From contig JACOZN010000003.1 in assembly GCA_016181305.1 (NCBI GenBank), positions 1-26,212 on the forward strand: DNA of 26,212 nt, written 5' to 3'. The translations under genes and the position numbers were made by a program. Position 1 is the first letter of the stretch. Each line of letters opens with the position of its first letter. A model generated the notes under the pieces. The model was not told the origin of the DNA and ran no database searches. It saw only the letters and a program-made list of their open reading frames with translations. Shown one piece after another: positions 1-8,522 of this stretch. Origin of the DNA: Candidatus Woesearchaeota archaeon. GTDB lineage: Archaea > Nanobdellota > Nanobdellia > Woesearchaeales > GW2011-AR4.

Positions 1-1
1 T

Positions 2-694
2 GCTGACAATACAGTAACAGGAGGGGATATCCTGGATGGCACCATCTTAACTGGAGATATTGGCACAGACACTATTTTAGCTGGGAATATAGCAGCAGGT
101 GCAGTCTCGGATTCTGAAGTCAGCTCGCTGTCATGGTCAGAGCTGGCAAACTACCCTTCTGCATGCACTTCCTCGCAAACCATTACTGCGCTTGAAGACA
201 CAATCACGTGCACTGCCATCGGCAATGCGGCAACATCAACTGCCTTGGCTGCAAATGGAGGAAACTGCGCAGCAGGGAGTTATCCATTAGGGATAGACGC
301 AAGCGGAGCATCAGAAAGCTGCACAACTGCCGCCGCCCACAGTTTATGTACAGGTAGCAATGCAGGGACCGGTCTGTCTATGACCGCCACTTATTATATT
401 GGTGGCTGCGCTGATGGTGCAAGCAATACAGAGTCTTTCGTTCGTGGGCCTGTTCCAGCAAGGACTTTTAAAAACCTCCGCGTTTATGGTAGCAGTGATG
501 ACGGCGGTTTAGGACCAACTGTTACAGTATTAAAAAACGGGGTTGCCACCGCGCTTACTTGTATAGTTCCAACAGGCGGCGGTGTTTGCAGTGATACTAC
601 TAATTCATTCACAACGTCTGCCGGCGATACGATTAGTCTTAGTGCCACCAGATTAAGCACTTGGGTAGCTTATTCGATAGAAATGCAACCATAA
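2..694 (+). CDS. 5'-truncated C-terminus of a Gly/Thr/Ala/Cys-rich surface or fibre-like protein
   Basis: The frame of ORF 245..694 is open from position 2 with no stop (ADNTVTGGDILDGTILTGDIGTDTILAGNIAAGAVSDSEV...). The TTG at 245 is internal. It has short I-x-x-G-x-I repeats followed by a Cys-containing beta-rich C-terminal domain. Confidence 0.7.
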   Translation, partial: ADNTVTGGDILDGTILTGDIGTDTILAGNIAAGAVSDSEVSSLSWSELANYPSACTSSQTITALEDTITCTAIGNAATSTALAANGGNCAAGSYPLGIDASGASESCTTAAAHSLCTGSNAGTGLSMTATYYIGGCADGASNTESFVRGPVPARTFKNLRVYGSSDDGGLGPTVTVLKNGVATALTCIVPTGGGVCSDTTNSFTTSAGDTISLSATRLSTWVAYSIEMQP

Positions 695-774
695 ATCTGG
701 GTTAAGAACTCTGTGCTGGAAAAACCCGCTTAAACTAGGATAATAAAAAGTGAAAGAATCTTGATGATGATAAG

Positions 775-1368
775 ATGAAAAACAACATTGACAGTTACTC
801 GTCAAACCCAAAAGGGCTTGAGGAGGAAATGGACATGTATTCCATAAAGGAAGTGCTCTCCGGCTTAAACAATTCCAGCCATATTTTCGACAATTTTGAA
901 AAAGAGTCAATGATTGTTGAAAAAGACGCATTGGAGCAGATAGAGGACTTCAATTTGCTGCTGAAAATAAGAAAATTATCGTCAGAAATAAAAGGCAAAA
1001 AAGCCATAAACGAAAAGCTCAGTACGCTTCATTTCCATCTCAATCTCCTGAAAAATGCCGATATTAAGGGCGCAAAGCAGATAAGGAACGCCATGAACTT
1101 GTTTTTCTACAACAATGATACAAAAATTGACAGCATAATAAGCGAGCTTAATGACTTCAAGCACAAAATCAATGAAGTCAAAAAACACCACGAAAACCTG
1201 CTCCCGAAAAGCCTTGACAACAAGCTGAAAATTGAGGGCAAATACGGCAAGCACATTGAAAATCTCCACTCAATGCACAAAAGGCAGAAAACAGCCTTGG
1301 TGTCTTTAGTAAGGTTGTTTTTAAAGCAGGCTAAACAGCACATAAAAAGCCTGAAAAGGTTTAAATAA
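775..1368 (+). CDS. hypothetical protein, charged and probably helical/coiled-coil (197 aa)
   Basis: ATG start, fills the gap between neighbours, K/E/L-rich; no recognisable motif. Confidence 0.65.
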   Translation: MKNNIDSYSSNPKGLEEEMDMYSIKEVLSGLNNSSHIFDNFEKESMIVEKDALEQIEDFNLLLKIRKLSSEIKGKKAINEKLSTLHFHLNLLKNADIKGAKQIRNAMNLFFYNNDTKIDSIISELNDFKHKINEVKKHHENLLPKSLDNKLKIEGKYGKHIENLHSMHKRQKTALVSLVRLFLKQAKQHIKSLKRFK

Positions 1369-1392
1369 ATAATCAAAAATCTTTAAAATAAA

Positions 1393-4300
1393 ATGTTCAA
1401 AAACTACGATGCCGTGAACCAGGAGCCTGAAATGCTGAAGTTCTGGAAAGAGCATAAAATCTATGAAAAGGCTAAGGAAAAAAATAAAGGCAAAGAGAAG
1501 TTCTACTTCTTGGACGGCCCGCCGTACACCTCGGGAAAAGTGCACCTTGGGACAGCATGGAATAAGTCACTGAAGGACTGCTTTTTGCGCTACAAGAGAA
1601 TGAACGGCTTTGATGTCTGGGACAGGGCAGGATATGACATGCACGGGCTTCCCATAGAGCACCAGGTAATCAAAAAATTCAATCTTGAGACAAAAAAAGA
1701 CATCGAGAAATTCGGCGTTGCAAGGTTCATAAACGAATGCATGGAATTTGCAATAGAGTCCATGCAGTCCATGAACAGGGATTTCCTGAGATTGGGGGCA
1801 TGGATGGACTTTGAGAATGCCTACATGCCAATAGTGCCTGAAAGCATAGAATCAATATGGTGGCTCATCAAAAAAGTCCACGGGCAGAAAAGGCTTTATG
1901 AAGGCTTCAGGACAATGACTTGGTGCGCAAGCTGCGAAACTGCACTGGCAAAGCACGAATTAAATTACAGGGAAGTAAAAGACCATTCAATCTTTCTCAA
2001 ATTCAAAATCAAGGATAAAGCCAATGAGTTTTTGATAGTATGGACTACAACTCCATGGACCATCCCTTTCAATCTTGGCGTTATGGCAAACCCGGATGTT
2101 GCTTACATAAAAGCAAAAGTTGGCAATGAGCATTGGATAATTGCAAAGGACCTGTCTTATGCATTAATTTCCGATATGCTCGGCAAAAAAGTTGAAATTG
2201 TTGAGGAGTTCAATGGAAAAAGCCTTGAAGGCATTGAGTATGTTCCGGCGCTCTATAGTGAGCTGCGCCAGATATATGATGATATAAAGAGCAAATCCCG
2301 GAAAACCCACACTATTGTTCTGTCATCGGAGTACGTTGACACTTCAACAGGTACCGGGTTGGTGCACATGGCTCCCGGCTGCGGGCCTGAGGATTATGAA
2401 GTCGGGCACCGCAATAATATACCGCCTTTCAACAACCTCGACGAGAGGGGGATTTTCCCGGATGAAATGGGAGCTTTTGCAGGATTCACAGCCAAAAAAG
2501 ACGACTCAAGATTCGTGGAGCATTTCAGGAAAAACGGCTCGCTGGTTGCAGAGTCAAAGCTGGAGCACGACTATGCCCACTGCTGGCGGTGCAACAGCCC
2601 AATAATATACCGGGCAACAAAGCAGTGGTTCTTCAGGGTTGAGGATTTGAAAAGCAATATGCTTGATGAGAACAAAAAAATAAAATGGATTCCGAAGGCA
2701 AGCTTTAACGCCTTTGAGTCATGGCTCGGCAATCTCCGCGACAACTCCATAACAAAGCAGCGCTTCTGGGGCACTCCGCTGCCTGTCTGGCGATGCAGCA
2801 AATGCATGGAATTTGATGTTTTGTCGTCAAGGGACGAAATAAGAAAAGCTGCAGGAAAAGTTCCCGAGAAGCTCCACAAGCCGTGGATAGACGAAATAAA
2901 ATACGCATGCAAATGCGGCGGCACAAAAGAAAGAATCCCTGACATTATGGACGTGTGGATTGACCCGGGATGCGCTTCATGGATTTGCCTTAACTACCCC
3001 CAGCAGACAAAGCTGTTTGATGGGATGTTCCCGGCTGACTTCATCTTGGAAGGAATAGACCAGTACAGGGGCTGGTTTAATGTCCTGATGGTTTGCTCCA
3101 TGCTTGCATTCAGGAAGACATCATTCAAATCATGCTATGTCCACGGCTTCATAAACGACGCGCAGGGCAGGAAGATGAGCAAAAGCCTCGGAAACTACAT
3201 CCTGCCGCAGGAAGTCATAATGGAATACGGCGCAGACACTTTGAGGCACTACATGATAGGCGGCGCTTCCCCGGGAGTTGATATCAACTACAACTTTGAT
3301 GACATGAAAGTCAAGCACAAGAACTTGACTGTTCTCTGGAATCTCCATAAATTTGTGATGGACATGGCTAAGAACCTCAAAATAAACCCGGGCAGTTTAA
3401 AGGGGCATAATTTTGACGTTGAGGAGAGGTATATATTCTCCAAATTGAATTCAACAATAAAAAAAGTCAGCGAATTGCTTGAAGAGTGCAGGCTCAATGA
3501 AGTGCCGTGGAAAGTCGAGGAGCTGTTTTTGGAATTAAGCAGGGCTTACATACAGCTTACAAGGGACAAGGCGTCAATGGGCAGCGACGAGGAGAAAAAA
3601 GCCGTGCTTTACGCAGTGTTTAATGTCTTACTGGAAACCATGAAGTTATTTGCCCCGGTTGCGCCTTTCATAACAGAAATTATGTACCAGAACCTGAGGC
3701 AGGAATTCAGGCTCAAGGAGGAAAGCATCCACCTGTTTGGGTGGCCAAAGCACAGCGAAGAGCTTATTGACGCAAATCTTGAGGAGTCAATGCAGTTTGC
3801 CTCTGAAATCGTGCAGGGCGCGCTTGCTGTGAGGGAAAAAATCCAGCTTGGAGTGAGGTGGCCTGTAAAGGAGATTGTGATAGCCTCAAAAGATGAAAAA
3901 GCTGCTGATGCAGTAAAAATGCTCAGGGACGTGATAAAAAAGCAGGTAAACGCCAAAGAAATAAGGGTAGTGGAGTCAATGCCGAATTTGAAGGTAAAGG
4001 TGAAAGCCGACTACTCGAAGCTCGGGCCTGAATTCGGGGACAAGTCGCCGAAGATAATCGCGCAGCTCACAATTGACAGCCCGGAAACAGTGCTGAGGCA
4101 GATACAGGAAAAGGGAAAGTACTCTGCCAATATAGACGGGGAAGATTTGGAGATAAAAAAAGAGCACCTGATTGTGGAAAGGGAAGCCCCATTGCCTTAT
4201 GAAGAGGGTGTTTTCAAGAACGGCTTTATTTACCTTAACAGGGAAATGAGTGATGAGCTCGAAGCCGAGGGCTTTGCGCGGGAAGTCATGAGACGGGTGC

Positions 4301-4530
4301 AGGCTTTGAGGAAGAAAGCGGGCCTGCAGAAGTCAGACAGCATTTCATTGTTTATTAAAACAGACGATGAATTAAAAGAGATGCTCAAGGAATGGAATTT
4401 GATGATAAAGGAGAAAGTCGGCGCTTCGCAATTCAGGATTTCAGAGCTTGAGCCGAGCAAGAAGCACGCCTTTACGAGCAGGGAAAAAGTCAAGGGAAAG
4501 GAGTTTGAGATAGGGTTTGACAGGGTTTAG
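1393..4530 (+). CDS. ileS: isoleucyl-tRNA synthetase (archaeal/eukaryal type)
   Basis: DGPPYTSGKVHLGT (HIGH-like), WTTTPWT editing motif, GTGLVHMAPGCGPED, EGIDQYRGWF, RKMSKSLGN; 1045 aa with a long C-terminal extension. Confidence 0.97.
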   Translation: MFKNYDAVNQEPEMLKFWKEHKIYEKAKEKNKGKEKFYFLDGPPYTSGKVHLGTAWNKSLKDCFLRYKRMNGFDVWDRAGYDMHGLPIEHQVIKKFNLETKKDIEKFGVARFINECMEFAIESMQSMNRDFLRLGAWMDFENAYMPIVPESIESIWWLIKKVHGQKRLYEGFRTMTWCASCETALAKHELNYREVKDHSIFLKFKIKDKANEFLIVWTTTPWTIPFNLGVMANPDVAYIKAKVGNEHWIIAKDLSYALISDMLGKKVEIVEEFNGKSLEGIEYVPALYSELRQIYDDIKSKSRKTHTIVLSSEYVDTSTGTGLVHMAPGCGPEDYEVGHRNNIPPFNNLDERGIFPDEMGAFAGFTAKKDDSRFVEHFRKNGSLVAESKLEHDYAHCWRCNSPIIYRATKQWFFRVEDLKSNMLDENKKIKWIPKASFNAFESWLGNLRDNSITKQRFWGTPLPVWRCSKCMEFDVLSSRDEIRKAAGKVPEKLHKPWIDEIKYACKCGGTKERIPDIMDVWIDPGCASWICLNYPQQTKLFDGMFPADFILEGIDQYRGWFNVLMVCSMLAFRKTSFKSCYVHGFINDAQGRKMSKSLGNYILPQEVIMEYGADTLRHYMIGGASPGVDINYNFDDMKVKHKNLTVLWNLHKFVMDMAKNLKINPGSLKGHNFDVEERYIFSKLNSTIKKVSELLEECRLNEVPWKVEELFLELSRAYIQLTRDKASMGSDEEKKAVLYAVFNVLLETMKLFAPVAPFITEIMYQNLRQEFRLKEESIHLFGWPKHSEELIDANLEESMQFASEIVQGALAVREKIQLGVRWPVKEIVIASKDEKAADAVKMLRDVIKKQVNAKEIRVVESMPNLKVKVKADYSKLGPEFGDKSPKIIAQLTIDSPETVLRQIQEKGKYSANIDGEDLEIKKEHLIVEREAPLPYEEGVFKNGFIYLNREMSDELEAEGFAREVMRRVQALRKKAGLQKSDSISLFIKTDDELKEMLKEWNLMIKEKVGASQFRISELEPSKKHAFTSREKVKGKEFEIGFDRV

Positions 4531-4577
4531 AAAAGTTTTTATACATCCATGTTATAATTCTTTTAAGGGTGATTTTA

Positions 4578-5072
4578 ATGGATGCAAATCTTCTTGTAAC
4601 GCATGACGCAAGCCATGCAGGCAGCGCAAAAGACGAAGTTGAAAAAGCCTTGAAAGCTGTAAAGCAGAAAGCAAAATTTCTAAAATCAGATACTGAAGGG
4701 GTTTTCAAGCTTAGAGCTGCAAATGCGAGGAAAATAGTCAAAAGTTTGAGCAAATTAAAAAGCAAAAAGGGCATGTTTGAGCATACTGCATACTGGGTTC
4801 CCATAGACAAATGGGTTGCGGCAAATGTAAAGTCAATGCAAAAGGAAATCAAAAAATTGCAGAAAGGCATTAAAAAGACAGAAAAATGGAAGATGGACCT
4901 GCACAAGAGGCACTTTGACATGGGCTCGACTGAGATTATAATGAAGCTCACAGAAGTTGTTGACAAGCCAAAAGTTGACCTGAACAGCCCCCAGAAAATA
5001 CTGGAAGTGCAGATTATGGGCAAGAAGGCAGGATTGGCATTGCTGGGCAAGGACGATATTCTCAAGCTATAA
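4578..5072 (+). CDS. stand-alone THUMP-domain RNA-binding protein
   Basis: The C-terminal KVDLNSPQKILEVQIMGKKAGLALL matches the THUMP signature. ATG 4578 follows the SD-like AGGGTGA, in which the ORF-track GTG at 4569 lies. Confidence 0.7.
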   Translation: MDANLLVTHDASHAGSAKDEVEKALKAVKQKAKFLKSDTEGVFKLRAANARKIVKSLSKLKSKKGMFEHTAYWVPIDKWVAANVKSMQKEIKKLQKGIKKTEKWKMDLHKRHFDMGSTEIIMKLTEVVDKPKVDLNSPQKILEVQIMGKKAGLALLGKDDILKL

Positions 5073-5157
5073 GACGAAAAGCGGATGTACAAAAGAAATG
5101 TTTTTATATAAGCTGGAAAAGCATCAAAAATGTTAAAAAAATATGGAGGCTGAAATA

Positions 5158-6168
5158 ATGAAAAAATCTTTGATTGTTATTTTAATGGTGGTGTTGTCTT
5201 TTGTGGCTGTTAGTTCTGCGTTGGCGGCAACATCCTGCACTTTTACAGCACTTGGCACGACTATGACGCTTGATGGGGACTGCACAACTGACGCAACAAT
5301 TCTTGTTCCTGACGGGTTTACGCTTGACGGCGCAGGGCACACGATTACTGCTGTAGATCCTGCGGGCGGGCATTTTACAGGCGCAGTCATTAAAAATGGT
5401 GGAGCTGTAGCTCATGTCAGAAATTTAGAAGTTGCTGCAAGCGGGCTTGCAAATGTATGCGACGCAGGCGACAACAGGCTCAGGGGAATTATGCTTGAGG
5501 GCGCATCCGGCTCGATAACGCATAACAAGATTATGAATATAAACCAGGGGCCAAGCGGATGCCAGGAAGGCAATGCAATTGAGGTTAGAAATGCGCCTTT
5601 TGACGGCACGCATCCAAGCACAAAATCAGTTGAGGTTGCAAATAATAAAATCACCAACTACCAAAAGACAGGCATTGTGGCAAATGGCGATGTTTTTGTC
5701 AATATCCACAACAACCAGATTGGCGCATCGGCGACACAGGCTAATTTAGCTGCAAACTCTGTCCAGTTCGGATTTGGAGGGGGTGGCAGTCTAAACCACA
5801 ACAACATCGATGGAAACCAATGGTGCGGCCCTTCTGACTTCGCTGCTACGGCAGTTTTGCTTTTCCTAGCAAATGATGGCGCTGAAGTAAGCCAAAATAA
5901 CATCAGGGGAAATGCAGACGTTGGCATTTATGGCTTAACCAACAACGCTGTGATAAACAACAATAAAGTGTTTGACGAAGGCAGTGACTGCAATGCTTTC
6001 GGCTATGACGTAGGGATTGGGGATTACTCTGCGTTTACAGGCGGAAGCGGCAGCAACAGCGTAACTAACAATAAAGTTAGGGATTATGGCACGCCTTATG
6101 AAGAAGTCAATGGGGGCAAAAACAAAGTTATTCCAGGGCCCCAGGATAAGGATGCTGCATTTAATTAG
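5158..6168 (+). CDS. secreted right-handed parallel beta-helix (pectin-lyase-like fold) protein
   Basis: Signal peptide MKKSLIVILMVVLSFVAVSSALA after GGAGG (5145-5149); repeated I-x-x-N-x-I rungs (ITHNKI, VANNKI, IHNNQI, LNHNNI, VSQNNI, INNNKV, VTNNKV). Confidence 0.8.
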   Translation: MKKSLIVILMVVLSFVAVSSALAATSCTFTALGTTMTLDGDCTTDATILVPDGFTLDGAGHTITAVDPAGGHFTGAVIKNGGAVAHVRNLEVAASGLANVCDAGDNRLRGIMLEGASGSITHNKIMNINQGPSGCQEGNAIEVRNAPFDGTHPSTKSVEVANNKITNYQKTGIVANGDVFVNIHNNQIGASATQANLAANSVQFGFGGGGSLNHNNIDGNQWCGPSDFAATAVLLFLANDGAEVSQNNIRGNADVGIYGLTNNAVINNNKVFDEGSDCNAFGYDVGIGDYSAFTGGSGSNSVTNNKVRDYGTPYEEVNGGKNKVIPGPQDKDAAFN

Positions 6169-6176
6169 CTAAAATC

Positions 6177-6198
6177 TTTTTCTTTATTTTTTTATTTT
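6177..6198 (+). terminator. oligo-T tract, probable archaeal-type terminator
   Basis: TTTTTCTTTATTTTTTTATTTT directly after the stop at 6168. Confidence 0.45.
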
Positions 6199-6242
6199 AA
6201 TCAAAACCTATATATACTCCTTAATTCTTAAATATTTTCAGC

Positions 6243-6710
6243 GTGGCAAAGCAGAAAACCATATCCAAAGACATTCCTTTGGCAGAAATTACCTTAAGAA
6301 GATACGAAAAGCCGGCAAACTTGAGCGAGAGGGAGCTTGTGAGAAAGGTTTGCCTCTCAATCGGGCTGCTGCAGCCGGGCGACTCAAGGGACGTTGTTGT
6401 TGATGTCCTGAATGTTTTAATAAAGGCAAAAAAGGAGCAAAGGCAGCTGACAAGCGATGAAGTCTGCAGCCTTGTTATCGAGGAAAGGAAAAGCCTAAGG
6501 CTGCCGATGCTTGGCATAGCATCCTCCAACATAAGAAGGCAGCTCAAAAGGTTAAAGGACATTCTGCTGGTTGAAAAAAGGCTTAACGCCTACAGGATAA
6601 GCGAGTTCAGCAATTTGAATGAAATCTTTGAGGAAAAGATTGAGAAAATATTATTGCCGAGCATAAGCTCAAGAATCAAGGAATACCTGAAAAGGATAGA
6701 GGAGTTGTAA
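6243..6710 (+). CDS. probable winged helix-turn-helix protein
   Basis: GTG start; IASSNIRRQLKRLKDILLVEKRLNAYRI resembles a recognition helix plus wing; TATA-like CTATATATA about 25 nt upstream. Confidence 0.6.
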   Translation: MAKQKTISKDIPLAEITLRRYEKPANLSERELVRKVCLSIGLLQPGDSRDVVVDVLNVLIKAKKEQRQLTSDEVCSLVIEERKSLRLPMLGIASSNIRRQLKRLKDILLVEKRLNAYRISEFSNLNEIFEEKIEKILLPSISSRIKEYLKRIEEL

Positions 6711-6750
6711 AATTTTAAACTTTAATTTTATTTTCATGTCGTCATAAAAA

Positions 6751-6765
6751 CGAAATATTTAAATA
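6751..6765 (+). promoter_or_regulatory. BRE-TATA promoter of the CC1-like gene
   Basis: CGAAA-TA-TTTAAATA. The leader then carries a hairpin (6790-6813) and SD GAGGAGGT (6827-6834). Confidence 0.6.
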
Positions 6766-6842
6766 TATCCTAGGTTTTGTATTCGACGCTAAGACGTGGG
6801 GTGTATCGTCTTAAAAAAAGAAATAAGAGGAGGTTATCGAAA

Positions 6843-7091
6843 ATGGCAGAAAAAGTGGCAAAAGTCGGAGTGAGAAAACAGGCAGGCTACCTATATTTTG
6901 TGGACAAGAGGGGAAACGTAGCCAGGGCAAAGATGTCAAGGGGCGGAAGAAAGAAAGGCAAAGCCAAGGTTGAGGTTGTGGCTAAAGCCGGCGTCAAGAA
7001 AAAATCAGGCTACCTGTACTTTATCGACAAGTCTGGGGACATATCATGCGCCAAGATGTCCAGGGGCGGAAGAAGGAGGAAAAGAAGGTAA
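6843..7091 (+). CDS. small basic protein made of two tandem repeats, CC1-like chromatin/nucleic-acid-binding protein (82 aa)
   Basis: ATG 6843 follows a strong SD. Repeats: KVGVRKQAGYLYFVDKRGNVARAKMSRGGRK and KAGVKKKSGYLYFIDKSGDISCAKMSRGGRR. GYLYFxDKxG resembles crenarchaeal CC1 as I recall it. Confidence 0.65.
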   Translation: MAEKVAKVGVRKQAGYLYFVDKRGNVARAKMSRGGRKKGKAKVEVVAKAGVKKKSGYLYFIDKSGDISCAKMSRGGRRRKRR

Positions 7092-7098
7092 TACTTCT

Positions 7099-8016
7099 TT
7101 ATTTTTTATTTTTCTCTATTTCCAACAATTTCTTTAGGGAGTAAATTGCAACCTCAATCTGCTTTTTGCTCGGCTCTTTTGTCGTGATTTTCTGCAGCCA
7201 TAACCCCGGCAGTGAAATTAATTTAAACAGAAGGTTATTTTGCTTTTTGTCGCTGATTTTTAGGATTTCATAAGAGATGCCTGCAATTACCGGGATAAGG
7301 ATGATTCTTACCGGAAACAGGATTCCTTTCCTCAACCAATGGCTTAGCTGCATGAAATCCGGATAATAAGTCATCATTACCGACGGCAGCAATGAGAATA
7401 CAAAGATGCTTACTATAAACACTACCAATAAAAACGAAGTGCCGCATCTTGGGTGCAAAGTTGTGAATTTTTTTACATTGTTTACAGTTAATTTTTTTTC
7501 TTTTTCATAGCAGTGTATTGCCTTGTGCTCGGCGCCGTGGTACTGGAACAGTATTTTTACGTCTTTCATCAGTGAAATCGCGAAAATATAGGTTAAAAAA
7601 ATCAAAATTCTTATCATGCCGTCTATAAGGTTGAACAATACCGGCTTTTTTTCCTCATAGAATCCCAAGAGATTTGTAAGAAAGTAGGGCAATGCTATAA
7701 AAAACAAAATAACAACAGCTATAGAAAAAAATATTGTGAAAGCAAGCTCGTTTTTGCTTATCTTTTCCTTGTCATCGCCTGCTTGCTCTGCGCTCCACAT
7801 CAGGGCTTTTATTCCTATAACAAGCATGTCGGCAAGATTGACAAAGCCCCTTACGAAAGGCATTTTGAGAAACTTGTATTTCTTTTTTGGAATTTTGCCT
7901 TTCCTTGCTATTATCTTTTTGCCACTTCTTACTGCAACAGCATATTTGTTTGGACCCCTTATTAAAACGCCTTCTATAACAGCCTGGCCGCCGATGCTTA
8001 TCTTTTTAGATGGCAT
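7099..8016 (-). CDS. DUF1385 (YqhQ-like) membrane protein, putative metal-dependent enzyme
   Basis: IGGQAVIEGV N-terminus, FQYHGAEHK, HPRCGTSF, LQKITTKEP; several TM segments. Confidence 0.88.
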   Translation of the reverse strand: MPSKKISIGGQAVIEGVLIRGPNKYAVAVRSGKKIIARKGKIPKKKYKFLKMPFVRGFVNLADMLVIGIKALMWSAEQAGDDKEKISKNELAFTIFFSIAVVILFFIALPYFLTNLLGFYEEKKPVLFNLIDGMIRILIFLTYIFAISLMKDVKILFQYHGAEHKAIHCYEKEKKLTVNNVKKFTTLHPRCGTSFLLVVFIVSIFVFSLLPSVMMTYYPDFMQLSHWLRKGILFPVRIILIPVIAGISYEILKISDKKQNNLLFKLISLPGLWLQKITTKEPSKKQIEVAIYSLKKLLEIEKNKK

Positions 8017-8038
8017 TTCTGTTTGCGATTATAGAATA

Positions 8039-8048
8039 ATTTATAAAT
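8039..8048. promoter_or_regulatory. palindromic TATA box (ATTTATAAAT) centred between divergent DUF1385 and nrdR
   Basis: 22 nt from the minus-strand ATG (8016) and 21 nt from the plus-strand ATG (8070). Confidence 0.55.
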
Positions 8049-8069
8049 CTTTATCTATTCAGCCCGATT

Positions 8070-8522
8070 ATGAAATGCCCCTACTGCAACTATGAGGAAA
8101 CACAGGTTATTGATACTAGAGAGACTGAAAATCTCGAAGCGACAAGGAGAAGGAGGGAATGCCTAAAATGCAACAAGAGATTCACTACATACGAAAGGGT
8201 TGAGGAAGCCGATATTATCGTCGTGAAGAAAGACGGCAAAAGGGAGAGGTTTGAAAGGAAAAAGCTGATGAATGGTATTTTGAAGGCGTGCGAGAAAAGG
8301 AACATACCGCTTGAAAAAATAGAGAAGCTTGTAGATGATGTCGAGTCTGACTTGAGGAAGAGGGACTCTGTCGAGGTTGAAAGCAAGGTAATAGGCGAAA
8401 TAGCAATGAAAAAGCTGAAAACCCTTGACAAAGTCGCTTACATAAGGTTTGCCTCTGTCTACAGGGAATTCGAGGACATTGACAGGTTTGAAGAGGAGCT
8501 TGAGAAGCTGCAGAAAAAATGA
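8070..8522 (+). CDS. nrdR: transcriptional repressor NrdR (Zn ribbon + ATP cone)
   Basis: MKCPYC, RRRRECLKCNKRFTTYER, VVKKDGKRERF, LDKVAYIRFASVYREF. Confidence 0.96.
   Translation: MKCPYCNYEETQVIDTRETENLEATRRRRECLKCNKRFTTYERVEEADIIVVKKDGKRERFERKKLMNGILKACEKRNIPLEKIEKLVDDVESDLRKRDSVEVESKVIGEIAMKKLKTLDKVAYIRFASVYREFEDIDRFEEELEKLQKK

Noticed and set aside
5079-5088. 10-mer AAGCGGATGT shared with 23431-23440
   Set aside because: A single 10-nt match in different contexts is compatible with chance.
4490-5092. 200-aa minus-strand ORF, plus the many other 60-150 aa ORFs antisense or out of frame to called genes
   Set aside because: They are shadows of recognisable genes, with no motifs or independent promoter/SD support.
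6777-6842. 22-aa N-terminal extension of the CC1-like ORF from TTG 6777
   Set aside because: It lies at or before the expected TSS and spans the leader hairpin and SD; ATG 6843 is much better supported.
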